NCBI GenBank assembly: GCA_965113315.1
Contig: OZ220377.1
Strand: one strand, 5' to 3'
From: Podarcis vaucheri
Taxonomy: Eukaryota
Length of the DNA: 64,000 nucleotides
The stretch's first letter is position 1. Every line of letters begins with the position of its first letter. The notes beneath the pieces were generated by a model. It was not told the origin of the DNA. It saw only the letters and a list, made by a program, of their open reading frames with translations, and ran no database searches. Made by a program: the position numbers and the translations under genes. Of this stretch, positions 51,003-62,972 are shown one piece after another.

Positions 51003-54000
51003 GATGTGCCTAGCTTCTGTTTGCACTGTTTACAATCCCTGCTGTGCCTGGCAATCTCTTCTTGTTGCTGCTCCTGCTCCTGCATTTTCTTGGGCTATCT
51101 GGGATAGCAGGCAGGTTATTCAGAGGGATGATGGGTCTGCTGCAGGGTTTGCTTATCAGCACCATCTTTTTTGCATCTCTCCCCGCCATCCCCAAGAATT
51201 GAGCAATTGTGTGATCATGCATGGTAAGCAGCATCTGCTTTCCAGTGAGCGTTGTCTGCATTTTCTGTGGTTCACACGACAGAGGCTCCAGTCCATTGAA
51301 TTTGCAGGCTTGAGCGGCTGTAAGCAAGACATGCTATCCCCAAAACCCACATGCTCAACCCCACATAATAGCAAATGGTAGAAGAGGCTCTACCCCAGTT
51401 GCAAGCAGAAGTTCAGGAAACTACACCCTTTGGCATTGGGCAAGTCAGGGTAGAGGATGGAAACTGAGTGGGCTGAAGCTTGTGTGGGCTTTAAATTGTC
51501 ACAGGTTTAAAGTAAAACTTTGCCTGTCTCCATATGGGTTCTCACAGCTGTTTGTGTGTGTCCCTTTAACCACACAGGACAAATTCTAATCCTGTGGTGG
51601 CAATGTAGCCTTCAAAACATTAGCTGCAAGCTTTTGGGTAACACTGACCTCTTCTGCAGGCTCTGGATTTCAGAGTACCAAGGATCATGAAATACCAAAG
51701 ATGTTTCAGCTTCAGGCTGTGAGACCAATAGTGACCAGCGGTCCTGACAACTCCTTGTTGTGCAGCGCAAAGAGGAAAGGTTCTTGAGTTGCCAGTTATT
51801 TGGTCTTAGAATGCCTGACAGTAGGGCATTGCGGGGCTTCATCTTCATCATCTTCTAATGACCTGAAATCAGGCTGGAGGGTTGGATGAGTGCCATTGGC
51901 TTGGATCCCTGCTGCTGGCCAGTTGGCTGGATAGCCTCTTTCTGGATCTTTTGCACTCATTTCACTTCTAAAATTTCTCTCTAGGCTTGGCTGGCTGTCA
52001 CAGGCAGGGATGAAGTCTAAGCCAGTCTCTGATCTGCAAGGCTCTCCCAGCCCTCTCTCGGTTCTCTGTGGCTCAGCTGCCCCTTCGCCAGCTCAGTCTG
52101 GCCTCCGCTTTCCCCCCTAAGCGAGTGGTTTCCTCTGCAGCTGCATCTTCAAAGCTTTGCACTTGTACTACATAAAGAACTTTCATGCTTTTTGCTGAGA
52201 AAAAAAGACGGAGAGACTGAGTGTGCATGTGTGGTGGGGAGCGCAAGCTGAAATCCTGAACGGAAAGGAGGGGGACACGAGCAGCTCCCGCAGTTTCATC
52301 TGAGTGGCTGTATAAAGCAGCCTCCCAGCTTGGCAAGTAAGATACAGTCAGAAGGTTTAAAGCGGTGACCTTAGCAAATGTATTAGACGGGAGGAGAGAG
52401 CCTTTTTGTTCCTCTCTGTTAGGGTGTCAGGGCAGTCGTGGCTTTTAAACCGCATTACATGGGCTTGTCAGCCAAGATGAAATGTTATTAAGATTAAATG
52501 CTACATGGAGAACAGTTGGGGACTTCCCGCTGTTGTATTTCAGCCTGGCGGAGGATTGCAGTCTGCTGCATGCTCCTGGGCAGAGCCTGTCAGTGCTGGA
52601 AAGATGGATGTCCATCACCTGGAGCAGCAGCAGCAGTACCACCACCACCAGAGGCTTCCAGCTCCTCTGTGCATGCACGGGCTGCATCGGGGGCTGGCTT
52701 GTTCCCCATAGCCTGATGATGTGCTGCTTCTTGACCCTTTTCTGGCTCTGAAAATTCACAGTTTCTTTTGTTCTTTCTGAAATGCCCTTTGTACATGTAC
52801 CTGTTAGGGAATGAATCTGCTCCTCACAAGCTGCAGCAAATACGTCTGTTGGTTTATAGGTTCTTTATTTGAATTTGAATTCTTGGGTCTTTACTGACTG
52901 ACTTGTGGCCCCCAACATTCTTGGAGGGTTTCATCAGCTCAGACTCTGGAGTTCAAGTGTCAAGGGACTAACGGTCTGCCTCTGGATGGCACGGGTGAGA
53001 AAGCAGAATTTTGCAGGTATTTGGCAGCAAGGAGTTCTTTGTCACTGTCAGCAGCCTGTCAGGCTTTCTGTGAGTTGTCATCCTCCCCCATGGGGTATGT
53101 TCTGTGGGGGGCTTTTCCTCTGTTGTTGTTGCATCATCAAAACACTTCTGTGCAAGTGTATGTGTGCGCGCATGCACATTCACATTGTAACCTGATGGGG
53201 CCTCTGGCCCACCTGTAGAAGATTCACTGTTGGTATGGAAATAGCACACGGGCAACCCAGGGGCCCTGTGTCCCTCATCATGGTCACAATTAGCCGCCAC
53301 ATTCTTAACTTTGTGAGTCTTGCTTGTACTGCAGGTGTTACTTCTATCCACCCCACCCATCTCCTCCTCCCTTTGACTTGTCCCAGATTTTGGTTACCTA
53401 TTCCTCCCTGTCTTGTCTTTGGACCAGAATGTTTTCAACAGAGCTGGACTGGCCAATAATGCCTCGGTCACTTGTTGTTGTTTTGCCCAGTATTGTGTTG
53501 GATTTCTCTGCAGGGAATCCAATTCTTGGCTCTTTTACCTATTGTCACACCCTCCCTGTGTGTTTGAGAAGGGTGGGGGACCAAGACTAAGCTTCCCTTC
53601 GCCCCACCTGTAGTGATGGGGGAGCTCTTCTTTTCCACAGATCATCTTGAGCATCAGTCCTTGGCTGTGAGACGGCACAGGAAGCATGTTACAGGAAGGC
53701 CCACAGACATGCTGGGAAGGGTAATTGAAAATGAGCAAATTGGCTGCACAGAACATTGAAGGAGCCTGCCGAGCGCCTGGCCCCCTGTTATTAGCAAGAC
53801 GAAGCCCACATTTAGGGCCGCCAGCCACTCCTTAGTCTAACAGGCAGCACATCAATAAATATTAATAGACTCCAGGCTGTGCCAAAGGCCCCCTTTCTAA
53901 ATGGGGCTGGGGCTTCATTTGTTTTAGGTGTGTTTGGTTTCTCTGCTTTTCTGCCCGACTGTAGGGTTAGCTAACTGAGATCCTGCTGGCTGCATAGTGG

Positions 54001-54654
54001 CCAAAAGAGCCCTGAGCAGCTTGCATTCATGGAAGGAACATCAGCAAATGAATATCACTCCTGTCAGTGACCTAGTTGCTCCACGGGATGCAAAGATGAT
54101 CCACAAAAGGGACACCATCACATGCTAGAACCCTCTCCTGCAATGCAGAGCTTATTCAGCCCCTTAGTTTCTAGTGGAGCTCTTGACAATGAAGCAGGTA
54201 GGGAGGCTGTTAGAACACAGGTGTTGGAAAACTCAGTGTGAATCTGAACAGGTATACATACAAGCTCATTACCAAGCCTACAGGGTGGAGGAGACAGCTA
54301 CAAAAAAAGGAAGAAATTTTATCTGCTACCATTGCTTGCATGGAGTGCCCTCTAGTAGACCCCAAGTAGTTCAGGGCCTGATAGCAGCTTGGCTAACAGT
54401 ATAATGTGGAGGTACCTGTGGAGGCAGCCTTGGAATCGCACAATGACATATTTGCTAAGCACTTCGAGGCTAAAGCTGTTTGTATCCACCTCGACTTGGA
54501 CATTATGCTTTTTGCAGATCATTAACGTGTCTGAGCAACATCTAGTCACATTTTCTGGGAAGATTTTCAGTTGCTGTGGTCTGAGTACATGGGCAAGGTG
54601 CTTAGGGGAGTGTGGCTTACAGTGTGGCTGCTCAAAGTTTGCCCATACCAGGTA

Positions 54655-54950
54655 GTCCACAAAATGTAGGGATGGCCATCAACTTGAATGACTTTTAAAT
54701 TGAGTTAGACAAATTAATGGAGGAAAATGCTGTCAAAGGTTACTAGCTATGATAGTGGTTTATTGCCTTCACAGTTGGAGGCAGTAAGGCTCTGAATACA
54801 ATTTGTTGGGAATCACAAGCAGAGAGATCACTGTTGTGCTCTCAGATCCTGGTTTCCTGGGAACATCTTGGTGGCCACTGTGAGAACAGGATGCTGGACT
54901 AGATGGGTCTTTGGTCTGATTCAGCATCCAGGTTCTTCTTATGTTCTTAG
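54655..54950 (+). mobile_element. CR1 3' fragment
   Basis: GATGGCCATCAACTTGAATGACTTT...TTAGACAAATT.ATGGAGG and the tail GGCCACTGTGAGAACAGGATGCTGGACTAGATGGG...TTCTTATGTTCTTA. Confidence 0.8.
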
Positions 54951-56212
54951 CCATGGCCTACATAACATGTAGCAAGATTGGGTTGACTGATTATCTCCAG
55001 AGGTAGGACCTCATTACGAGAGATAGAAGAGGCCCTAGCCACTTTGGAGGAAGTGGTTGTGAAGCTACTCCCAAAGAAGACTTTCCTGGGCCTCAAGGAT
55101 TTCAATAACTATTTGGCAGGAGGACAAGGTGCTTGACTGGGTGGTTGCTGCGCAGCGCCAGGCTCTCTGCTGAACCTGGTTATCTGGTTCTGACATAAAA
55201 ATGGCTTTGACCACCCTTATGGAGAGGAACTGGAGAAGTGGATAATTAATGAGCCCGGGACTGGCTAGATGGGTTTTGCAATAGATGGAAGTTTGTTATT
55301 TTTAACGATTTGCTGTGTTTTAGCTGCTCTTCTAATTGTCTTGGAATATTGCTGTGTTTGCTTTAATTGTATTGTGGGATTGCCTCACCCAATATATGCC
55401 CACCCAACTGCTTCGATCTGTGGAACTGTCATTGTTACAGAAGTCCATAATACTTATTCTGCACTTGTAAAAAAACGATAATTTAGTTTGGCAGTACCTG
55501 CACTTTGAAACTCCTTGCCTATTGACATCAGGCATGTACCTTCACTGTACTCTTTCTGGCGCCTGCTTAAAACATTTTTGTTTAGGCCAGAGCAATCCAA
55601 TATACTGCCTGGGCATGCAGCCCTCCAGGCCTTTTCTGGCACCCCTTGGCAACATTTGACACCTCCACACTTGCACAGCTCTTTTCAAAGCCTGGCACCT
55701 CACTTATCTGGATTTGGGAAGACAGAGCAAAGGGCATCAAATTTTGGCCTTGTGTTCACCTCCCATTCAGGCGACAAGATGGTATGAAGCCCAAAGGTTC
55801 TGTGTCGAAGTACCACCAGCCATGCTATCCTTCTGGGATGGACTGCTTGGTGGTTTGGGGCACAGAGTTCCAGTAGTTTCTGGTCCTCCTTGAGATACTA
55901 CTTGGAGGTTTAGGAGAGGGGTGGTGTCATCAATATCCAGGGCCAGGGAAATTATAGCAATAGGCCCTCCATATAGGCTCGGGTAAGTGAATGAAGTGAT
56001 AATGAGGCTTTTATATTTACTATTGTTTGTAATAAATAGCTCAGTTTCAAAAAAGTACAGAGAGCAAGTCACTCTCTTAGGAGAGTACCTGTTTGCTTAT
56101 CTTATCTAATCAGCTGAATCATGCCGGAATTCCAGCTTTATAATAAGGCTGGGCAAAATGGAGGGTGGAACTTGATCCTCTCTTTTGATCTGTAACTTTT
56201 TTCAGTTACTGA

Positions 56213-56503
56213 GGGTTCATCCACACTCAGCTTTGCTCCACATTTCTAGGCACACGTCCCAGCCTTCCAGGTCAGTGTGAGTGTCGTCCCCGGTCCCCCC
56301 CCCCCTTTCCCAGTGAAAATCCACTCTTTACTGCTTTCTGGACAATCTGTAGAAAACTTGGGTTGCCATTTGTTGCGATTCAGCAGATCAGGTTTTCCTG
56401 GGGAAAGTGGTGGTGGTGGGGAAAAAGCACTCAGACACGGCATGGGAGAGTGGGGACCTGTGCCTACAAAGCATGGGGCAAAAAGTAAGTGTGGGTAAGC
56501 TCT
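56213..56503. mobile_element. PIF/Harbinger-like MITE, same family as 30204-30534
   Basis: GGGTTCATCCACACT..TTTGCTCC..ATTTCTAGGCACA at the left and GGACCTGTGCCTA.AAA..GGGGCAAA..AAGTGTGGGTAAGCTC at the right. The internal GGTTTTCCTGGGGAA is shared. Confidence 0.6.
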
Positions 56504-56659
56504 CGGTTTTAATATTTCAAACTGCTGCTTTGAATTGCAAGGGACTAAATATCCAAAATCAATGCACACAGAGAGAGTGAGGAAAATAACCAAGTGCAAG
56601 CTGGATACACTTCTCTTTTCCTTTGGTGGATTTTCTTACTTCAGACTAGAAGTTTAAAT

Positions 56660-56794
56660 CAGCATAGGCAAACTCGGCCCTCCAGATGTTTTTTGCCTAC
56701 AACTCCCATGATCCCTAGCTAGCAGGACCAGTGGTCAGGGATGATGGGAATTGTAGTCCCGAAACATCTGGAGGGCCGAGTTTGCCTGTGCCTG
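56660..56794. mobile_element. 135-bp palindromic hAT MITE
   Basis: TIR CAG(-)CATAGGCAAACTCGGCCCTCCAGATGTTT / AAACATCTGGAGGGCCGAGTTTGCCTGTGCCTG and a perfect TSD GTTTAAAT. Confidence 0.93.
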
Positions 56795-59700
56795 GTTTAA
56801 ATGCATCTCAGGGATCCAGCTACCTGAAGGAAGAATCTTCTTCCATATCAACCTGCTGCAGATGCCCTTCTGATCCTCTTCCAAGTGTCTCCTTTGGATG
56901 CTGCTCCCTGTCTAAATGGAGGTCTGTAGTGATGGGAGAGACAAAGGGTAGTCTTTTCTGTTTTGGCCTGTCTTTCATTCTTTCCCCAAAGAGGTCTACC
57001 TGACAGGTTATTTAATTTTGCAGCCAAAAGAAGAGCTTTCTATTTCCCCAGACTTTTACTATCTGAGTAGTTTTACTATCAGATCTCTTTTTACAGCTGA
57101 CTTTAGTTCACTGTGCTTTGTTGGTTTGTGGTTTTGTAAACTACATTGACAATTCTAAATTGAAGAGCATTGTGCACAGTTGATTGATTGATAAATAGAC
57201 AGAAACTGGCCCCTTCCTGCTCTATTCCTGTGGCATTATGGCCAGCAGAAGGGACTCCAAGGAGCCCCCTGCCAATCCAGTGGCCACAGAGCAAAGCAAT
57301 TGCTATACCATTGCATACATGGCCCATTTCTTCTTTTTGGAGAGTTGACTCTGCTAATGGCCCTTGAGGTGTGCCTGGTAAGACCATTTGAAGCTCCTGG
57401 CCAGGTGATCTGCACCTTCTGCTTAAATGCAGAATTGCTGAGGTTGGCAAATTCTTGCTTTTGAATTCTTTGCAAAGGACCAGTGATGTGCGTGTGTGTG
57501 CGAAAGAGAGAGGGGAGGGGGCTGGATGCTGATGTGAGCCCTGAGAAGTCATGTTACTTTGATCTCCATGGCAAAACGCAAGAGAAAAGAGGGGGCAGAG
57601 CCAGGCTGACCTTGCACCAAGCAAGTGCCGTTCCCTGTAGTTACAAGGCCTGCTAATCCCCCCTGTTGAACTGGTGAGCTTGTAGCTGTAGCTTCAGCTT
57701 GTAAGGATGAATATAAAGGCATGGCTGTTAGCTGCCTTATTAAAGGCATGGCGGGCCTGAGTCAATAGGCATGCTTCCCCGGGGCTTAGTGCTGGGATTG
57801 TGAAAGCTTCTTCCGACACACATCCTGCCTGGATTGAATGTAAATCCTCCTGCCCCTTCCTCCCCCCCATGAAAAAAAGCTAGAGAATAGTACACTCTCT
57901 GCTTTGATGTGGAGACCCACCTAGTCTTGAGTTCTGGGAGGTTTGCCCCACCATGTTCTCTAAAGGAGCCTATAGAATGGCTTTGCAAGGGGGGACATGA
58001 GCAGAGGCTACATGATGTGCCCCATTTTGTCCTGGTCCTCCACATCACACGAAGAACTCAAACTTACAGCTCGAATATTGCCAAAGTCTTTAATGCGTAG
58101 ATGATAGGGGAAGTTACAGGTTACAGAGCTGAGCATGTATATATGAGAGGTAAAATGCATGGCTAAGCACGAGCTAAGACCTGGATCCAACAAGTAATGC
58201 CCCCCTCCCCCACTTTTGAAGTGATGGTTGGGCACTGAAATCCCAGGACTGGACAAGTACCTGTAAATGGGCACTCTTCCTAGTGGGTTGGCTAGATAAA
58301 GTTTGTTTGCACCTGCCCTGGCATCTCTGTGTCTGTGGTGTCAGAGGATGAATCCACGCCAGAACAGCATCAAATTTACACTCAGAAGGGGGAAGCCTCT
58401 TGCATGACAAGATAAGGCAGCGGATACAGCTCCTTCTTGGAATGCAGTGAACTAGGTGTCTTGGAGGGGAGAAGGATGAAGTGCTCTCTGGCTAGCCCAC
58501 TTGAGCTTTCTCTGCAATGTAACTCCTCCCTGGGATAAGACACCTCCTGTGACTCAGAGGACCCTTAACCCTCTGGTGGCCTCCCCAGGATCTTCAAGCA
58601 CCAGCTCCCCAAGATCTCCCAACACCTCCAGATCCAACCATGCCCTCCATGACATCTTCATGGGACTCATGACACACTCTGGTCTACTTTATAGTAGCCA
58701 GGACTTCCGTGGGTGCCCTGGTCTTGTAGATGCCACTCTGTTTGTGGGACTTGGCATGTCACTGTGGTCTCTAGTGTCCAGACTGGCTATAAACCAAACA
58801 ACACAGTTCTGGAAGCCTGCCTTTTTTGATGAATTAGGGCCCAAATAAGAGTATAAATGCTGTCCTGGGAAGGAATCTGGGCTTTCTTTTTGGCCTTCAG
58901 GACCTTTCTTGGGACTTTTTGCTTTTACTGGGAAGTCCACAGTGACTTTTACTTTAGGAGAACTTCTCTTCCCAATCCTCAAATGATAGTGAGTCATCCA
59001 TGGCAGGCTTATCTCCAGATTGGTCACGTGATGGCCAAAAGATAATAATTTGTCATGTGATTGCTTGCAGTGACCCTGGAAGTTGCAGATGCTTTTCTGC
59101 CTCCCCCAAACATTGACAAGAATTTAATTCATCTCCAAGCCAAAGAGGGGGATTGGCTTATGGTAGTCATTGTCAGGCAGATCCAGGTGAGGTTTGACAG
59201 CTTGTCCCTGTGCCTGTTCCCTTCCCCACTCTACCCCAACAAGGTCAAAGCTTGTCATGATGTGGGGTGGGGAGGCAGAAAGGCAGTGCCTGACTAGCTG
59301 CATGAATGAATGAATGAATGGCAGATGCCACCATTTTAGCACATGTTCACTACATTGCTTGTAACCAAACTGACATCTGGAATTATGTTTGTGCTTCCTT
59401 GAAATTAAATTACTGGCAGCAAGTGATTGATCAGTGTATTGATTGATTGGAATGGATTAGCTCGACGTGACGTGAAGATGGCTAGGAAGAATCTTGAGCA
59501 TAATCTCTCTGTAATCACTTTGCGTTGCCACAAGAGCCGTCTCCACCAAGCGGTTTCCCTCCATCTGTGGAACTAGGAAGAGGAGACCTCATTGATTTTG
59601 TCCCTGCCAAAGACCTTGCAGCTTTTATGCACTTCCCTTCTCTTCTCCCTGCATGCCCCATGCCACTTGGAAATTGAAACAGAGGTGTCTCTATTTCATT

Positions 59701-60265
59701 GCTTCACTTCCCATGTCAGAATCCGTTGGCCAGGATCTGTGTTTCTTTAAACCTCTCTTTGCTTCCTACCAGCATAGATGCTATTGCCGCTTGGCACTAG
59801 AGATAAGCTTCACTCATTAGGCATGGAGGGGTAGGGTAAGACCACAGCTATAGCAGCAACAGCAGCTGTTGGGGAGACCATGTTCCTGGACCCTGTTCTT
59901 ACTTGATTCGAGTGACCTTCAACAAAGGGAAATGAATTCCCAGAGGCACCTTTGCAGGCTTCTGTACATTGGTTCATTCAGCCAGCACTGTTGTCACAGC
60001 TGTTCTAATTGGCTGTATATGCATGTGTGTGCATGCTCCAACACAATGGTTGCGGGGCTGGGTGCTTCTGAACAGAGTCATCATGGAGGGCTGTGTGTGC
60101 TTCACACATGTTCTGCACTTGCCTCCATGGCTCGCTGGGCAAAAGGAACACCACAGTAGCCCTTTCCTAATGCTTGCAGCTTTGCAGACTTTGTGAAATA
60201 GAGAAGTAGGTAGCTGAGATGCAGGCAACCTATTATTTGCTAAATTGGCTTTGTATGAGCTAACC

Positions 60266-60627
60266 CAGGGGTCAGCAAATTTACCGTTCCTCGGGCCGGT
60301 ATCTCCAGTGCCGATCGCATGGCGGGCCGGAGGGCGGGGGAGCACGTTCCCATATGGGTACGCATATGCTATTTCTGGCGCACTTCTGGGTCGGAGGAGC
60401 ACCGGAAATAGCTTGTGCACATGTGCACGGGCCTCCTCTGACCTGGATGCGCACTGGAAATAATGCGTGCGCATGTGCACAAGCTATTTCCGGTGCTCCT
60501 CCGGCCTGGAAGTGTGCAGCTGCTCAGTGCAGCACTGGTAAGAGCGGGCGGTGGTGGTCACCATGGGCCAGATAAACGAGTCCCTTGGGCCTTATCCGGC
60601 CCACGGGCCTTAGTTTGGCGACCCCTG
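60266..60627. mobile_element. hAT (Charlie/Buster-like) MITE, 362 bp, with an internal inverted repeat
   Basis: TIR CAGGGGTCAGCAAA / TTTGGCGACCCCTG and TSD AGCTAACC / AGCTAATC. The internal GGAGGAGCACCGGAAATAGCTTGTGCACATG pairs with CATGTGCACAAGCTATTTCCGGTGCTCCTCC. Confidence 0.92.
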
Positions 60628-60737
60628 AGCTAATCCTTCGTCAAGGCTACACTTGCTGTCATTTCATAGAGAGGTTTGTTTTTAGAGTGGTGATTCTATA
60701 GAAGGTGTGCATGTGTGTTGTAGGGGAGTAGGGAAGA

Positions 60738-61250
60738 ACCTAAGAATAGTTCTGCTGGATCAGGCCAGTGGCTCATCTAGTCCAGCTTCCTGTTCTCATG
60801 GTGGCCAACCAGATCCCCTTAAGAAACCTGCAAGCAGGAACTGAGTGTAACAGTGTTCTCCACTCCTGTGGTTTCCAGCAACTGGTGTTCAGAAGCATAG
60901 TGCCTCCAACACTGGAGGAAGAATGTAGCCATCATGGTTTGTAGCTGTTGATAGTCTTATCCTCCATAAATTTGTCTTTTTTCAAACCATTCATTGGGGG
61001 CCACTGCTATCTGTTGTGTGAAGAAGGTCCTCTTTTATCTGCCCTGAATCTTCCAACATTTGCCTTCATTAGATACCCCCAGGTTCTAGTGTTGTGATAG
61101 AGGGAGGAAAACTGCAGCGTCAGACTAAAGGCCTACTAGTCCAGCAACCTCACTGGGCAACCATACATTTATGGGAAGTCCACAAGCAGGACCTAGTGCA
61201 GCAGCAGACTTCCCACTTGTGATTCCCAGCGATGCATAGTTAAACTTTGC
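60738..61250 (-). mobile_element. CR1 3' fragments (two adjacent tails)
   Basis: TAAGAA..TGCTGGATCAGGCCAGTGGCTCATCTAGTCCAGC.TCCTGTTCTCA.GGTGGCCAACCAGAT is the reverse complement of the CR1 tail at 54870-54950. Confidence 0.75.
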
Positions 61251-62382
61251 GATTGGTATTCAGTAGGGTTTTCCTTTATAGTAGGCCCACTGACTCGAGA
61301 ATAAAATTGCCTCTGCTGGTGCTGAGGGCACCGGAGGAGAAAGCCTCCCCACCCAACTCCAGAGTAGGAAAGATCACTGCTGCGTGTGCAGGGAAATGCT
61401 ACTTCCCCCACCGCAGCATAAGTCACCCTTGTAAAAAGGACAAATTGGTGCCAAGACGTTCTGTTTTTGGGCCCATAACCTAGGTTCCAGGAACTATGTG
61501 ACAAATAGCTTTTCTGTCCTAATTTCTAACACTGCTTGAATACCACCCTGTAATTCCCTCCCACAATACATAGGGGTGGCTACCAATTTGGATGGCTTTA
61601 AAAGAGGATTTGGCAAATTCATGATGGACCCTGTAGTAGTGAATTCCACAGTTCAGCTATGCACTGTATGAAGTAGCTCTTTCTTTTGTTTGTCCTGAAT
61701 CCTTCAATTTACCACTTCATTGCTTGTCACTGGGTTCTAGTGTTACACACTGTACATCATCTTAATACACTTCTATCATGTGCACCCTGGCTCACCTTTT
61801 CCCTAAACTAAAAAGGCCCCCAGATGGTGTAACCTTTCCTCATAGGAGAGTTGCTTCAGCCCCTAGATCATTTTGGTTGCCCTTTTCTAAACATTTTCCA
61901 GCTCTACAATTTCCTTTTTGAGGTGAGGCAATCAGAACTGTATGCAGCATTCCAAGTGTGGTTGCATCAAAATGTATAATGACATTTTGATATTGGCACT
62001 TTTATATTCTGTCCCGTTCTTAATAATCTCTAGCATGGAATTTGCCATTTTCTGGCCTGCCACACACTGGGTTGCCATCTTCATCAAGCTATCTACTATG
62101 GCCTCAAGGTCTTGTTATTGGTCAGTCACTCCCAGTTCTGACCTCATGAGCATCTATGTGATATTAGGATTTCTTCCCCAATGTGTATTGCTTTATTTTT
62201 GCTTATATTGAATTGCATTTGCCGTTGACTGCCTAGTCGCCCATTCTGGAGAGATCCTTTCGTAGAACCTTGTAATATCTTTTTGTTTTAACCAACCTGA
62301 AGGATTTGGTATTGTTGGGCAAACTTGGCTATCTCACTGTCCACTCCAACTCCTGAAGATTTATGAACAGGATAAAAAGCAA

Positions 62383-62686
62383 CTGGAGGCGCCAAGATGG
62401 CGGCGCGCATAGACGCTGCGGCTTAGTGCTATAGAAACATCAAGTCAAAGACAAATAGACTGAAAAACAGTTTCTATCCAAGAGCTGTGGCCCTTTTGAA
62501 TGCTGTAACTCGTTAGTGTGACCTGGGAGTTTGATGGGTGTGGTGTGGGTGTGGCTGGAATGTGGTTTGTTTGGTTGTTGTTGTTGTCTTGCTTTTGTTG
62601 TTTTAAGGGATGGCATCCAATTTCGTTGCACTTTGTGCAATGTTGCACTTGTGTAATGACAATAAAGAATCTATCTATCTATCTAT
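62383..62686 (+). mobile_element. Rex1/Babar LINE-derived short internally deleted element
   Basis: A head GGAGGCGCCAAGATGGCGGC is fused to 62427-62516, which encodes CYRNIKSKTNRLKNSFYPRAVALLNAVTR* (Rex1/Babar C-terminal motif). A GT-rich 3'UTR, AATAAA and a (TCTA)n tail follow. Confidence 0.75.
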
Positions 62687-62972
62687 TTCATATGGCCCTC
62701 CATTATGAGAACTGTCCAGTCCTACTCTCTGTGTCTGTTTCTTAACCAGTTCCTGATCCACAAGAGGACCACTCCTCTTATTCCATGACTGCTAAGGAGT
62801 CTCAGGGACTAAAGCTTTTTGTAAGTTTAAGTGCAAAATGTAAGTTGGATCACCTCTGTATGCTTGTTGACACTATCAAATAAGTCCTCAAGGTTAGTGA
62901 GACAGGACTTGCCCTTTTAGAAGCCAAACTGCATCGGGTTCAGGAAGGCTTCTTCGGTATGGTTTGTAATTA

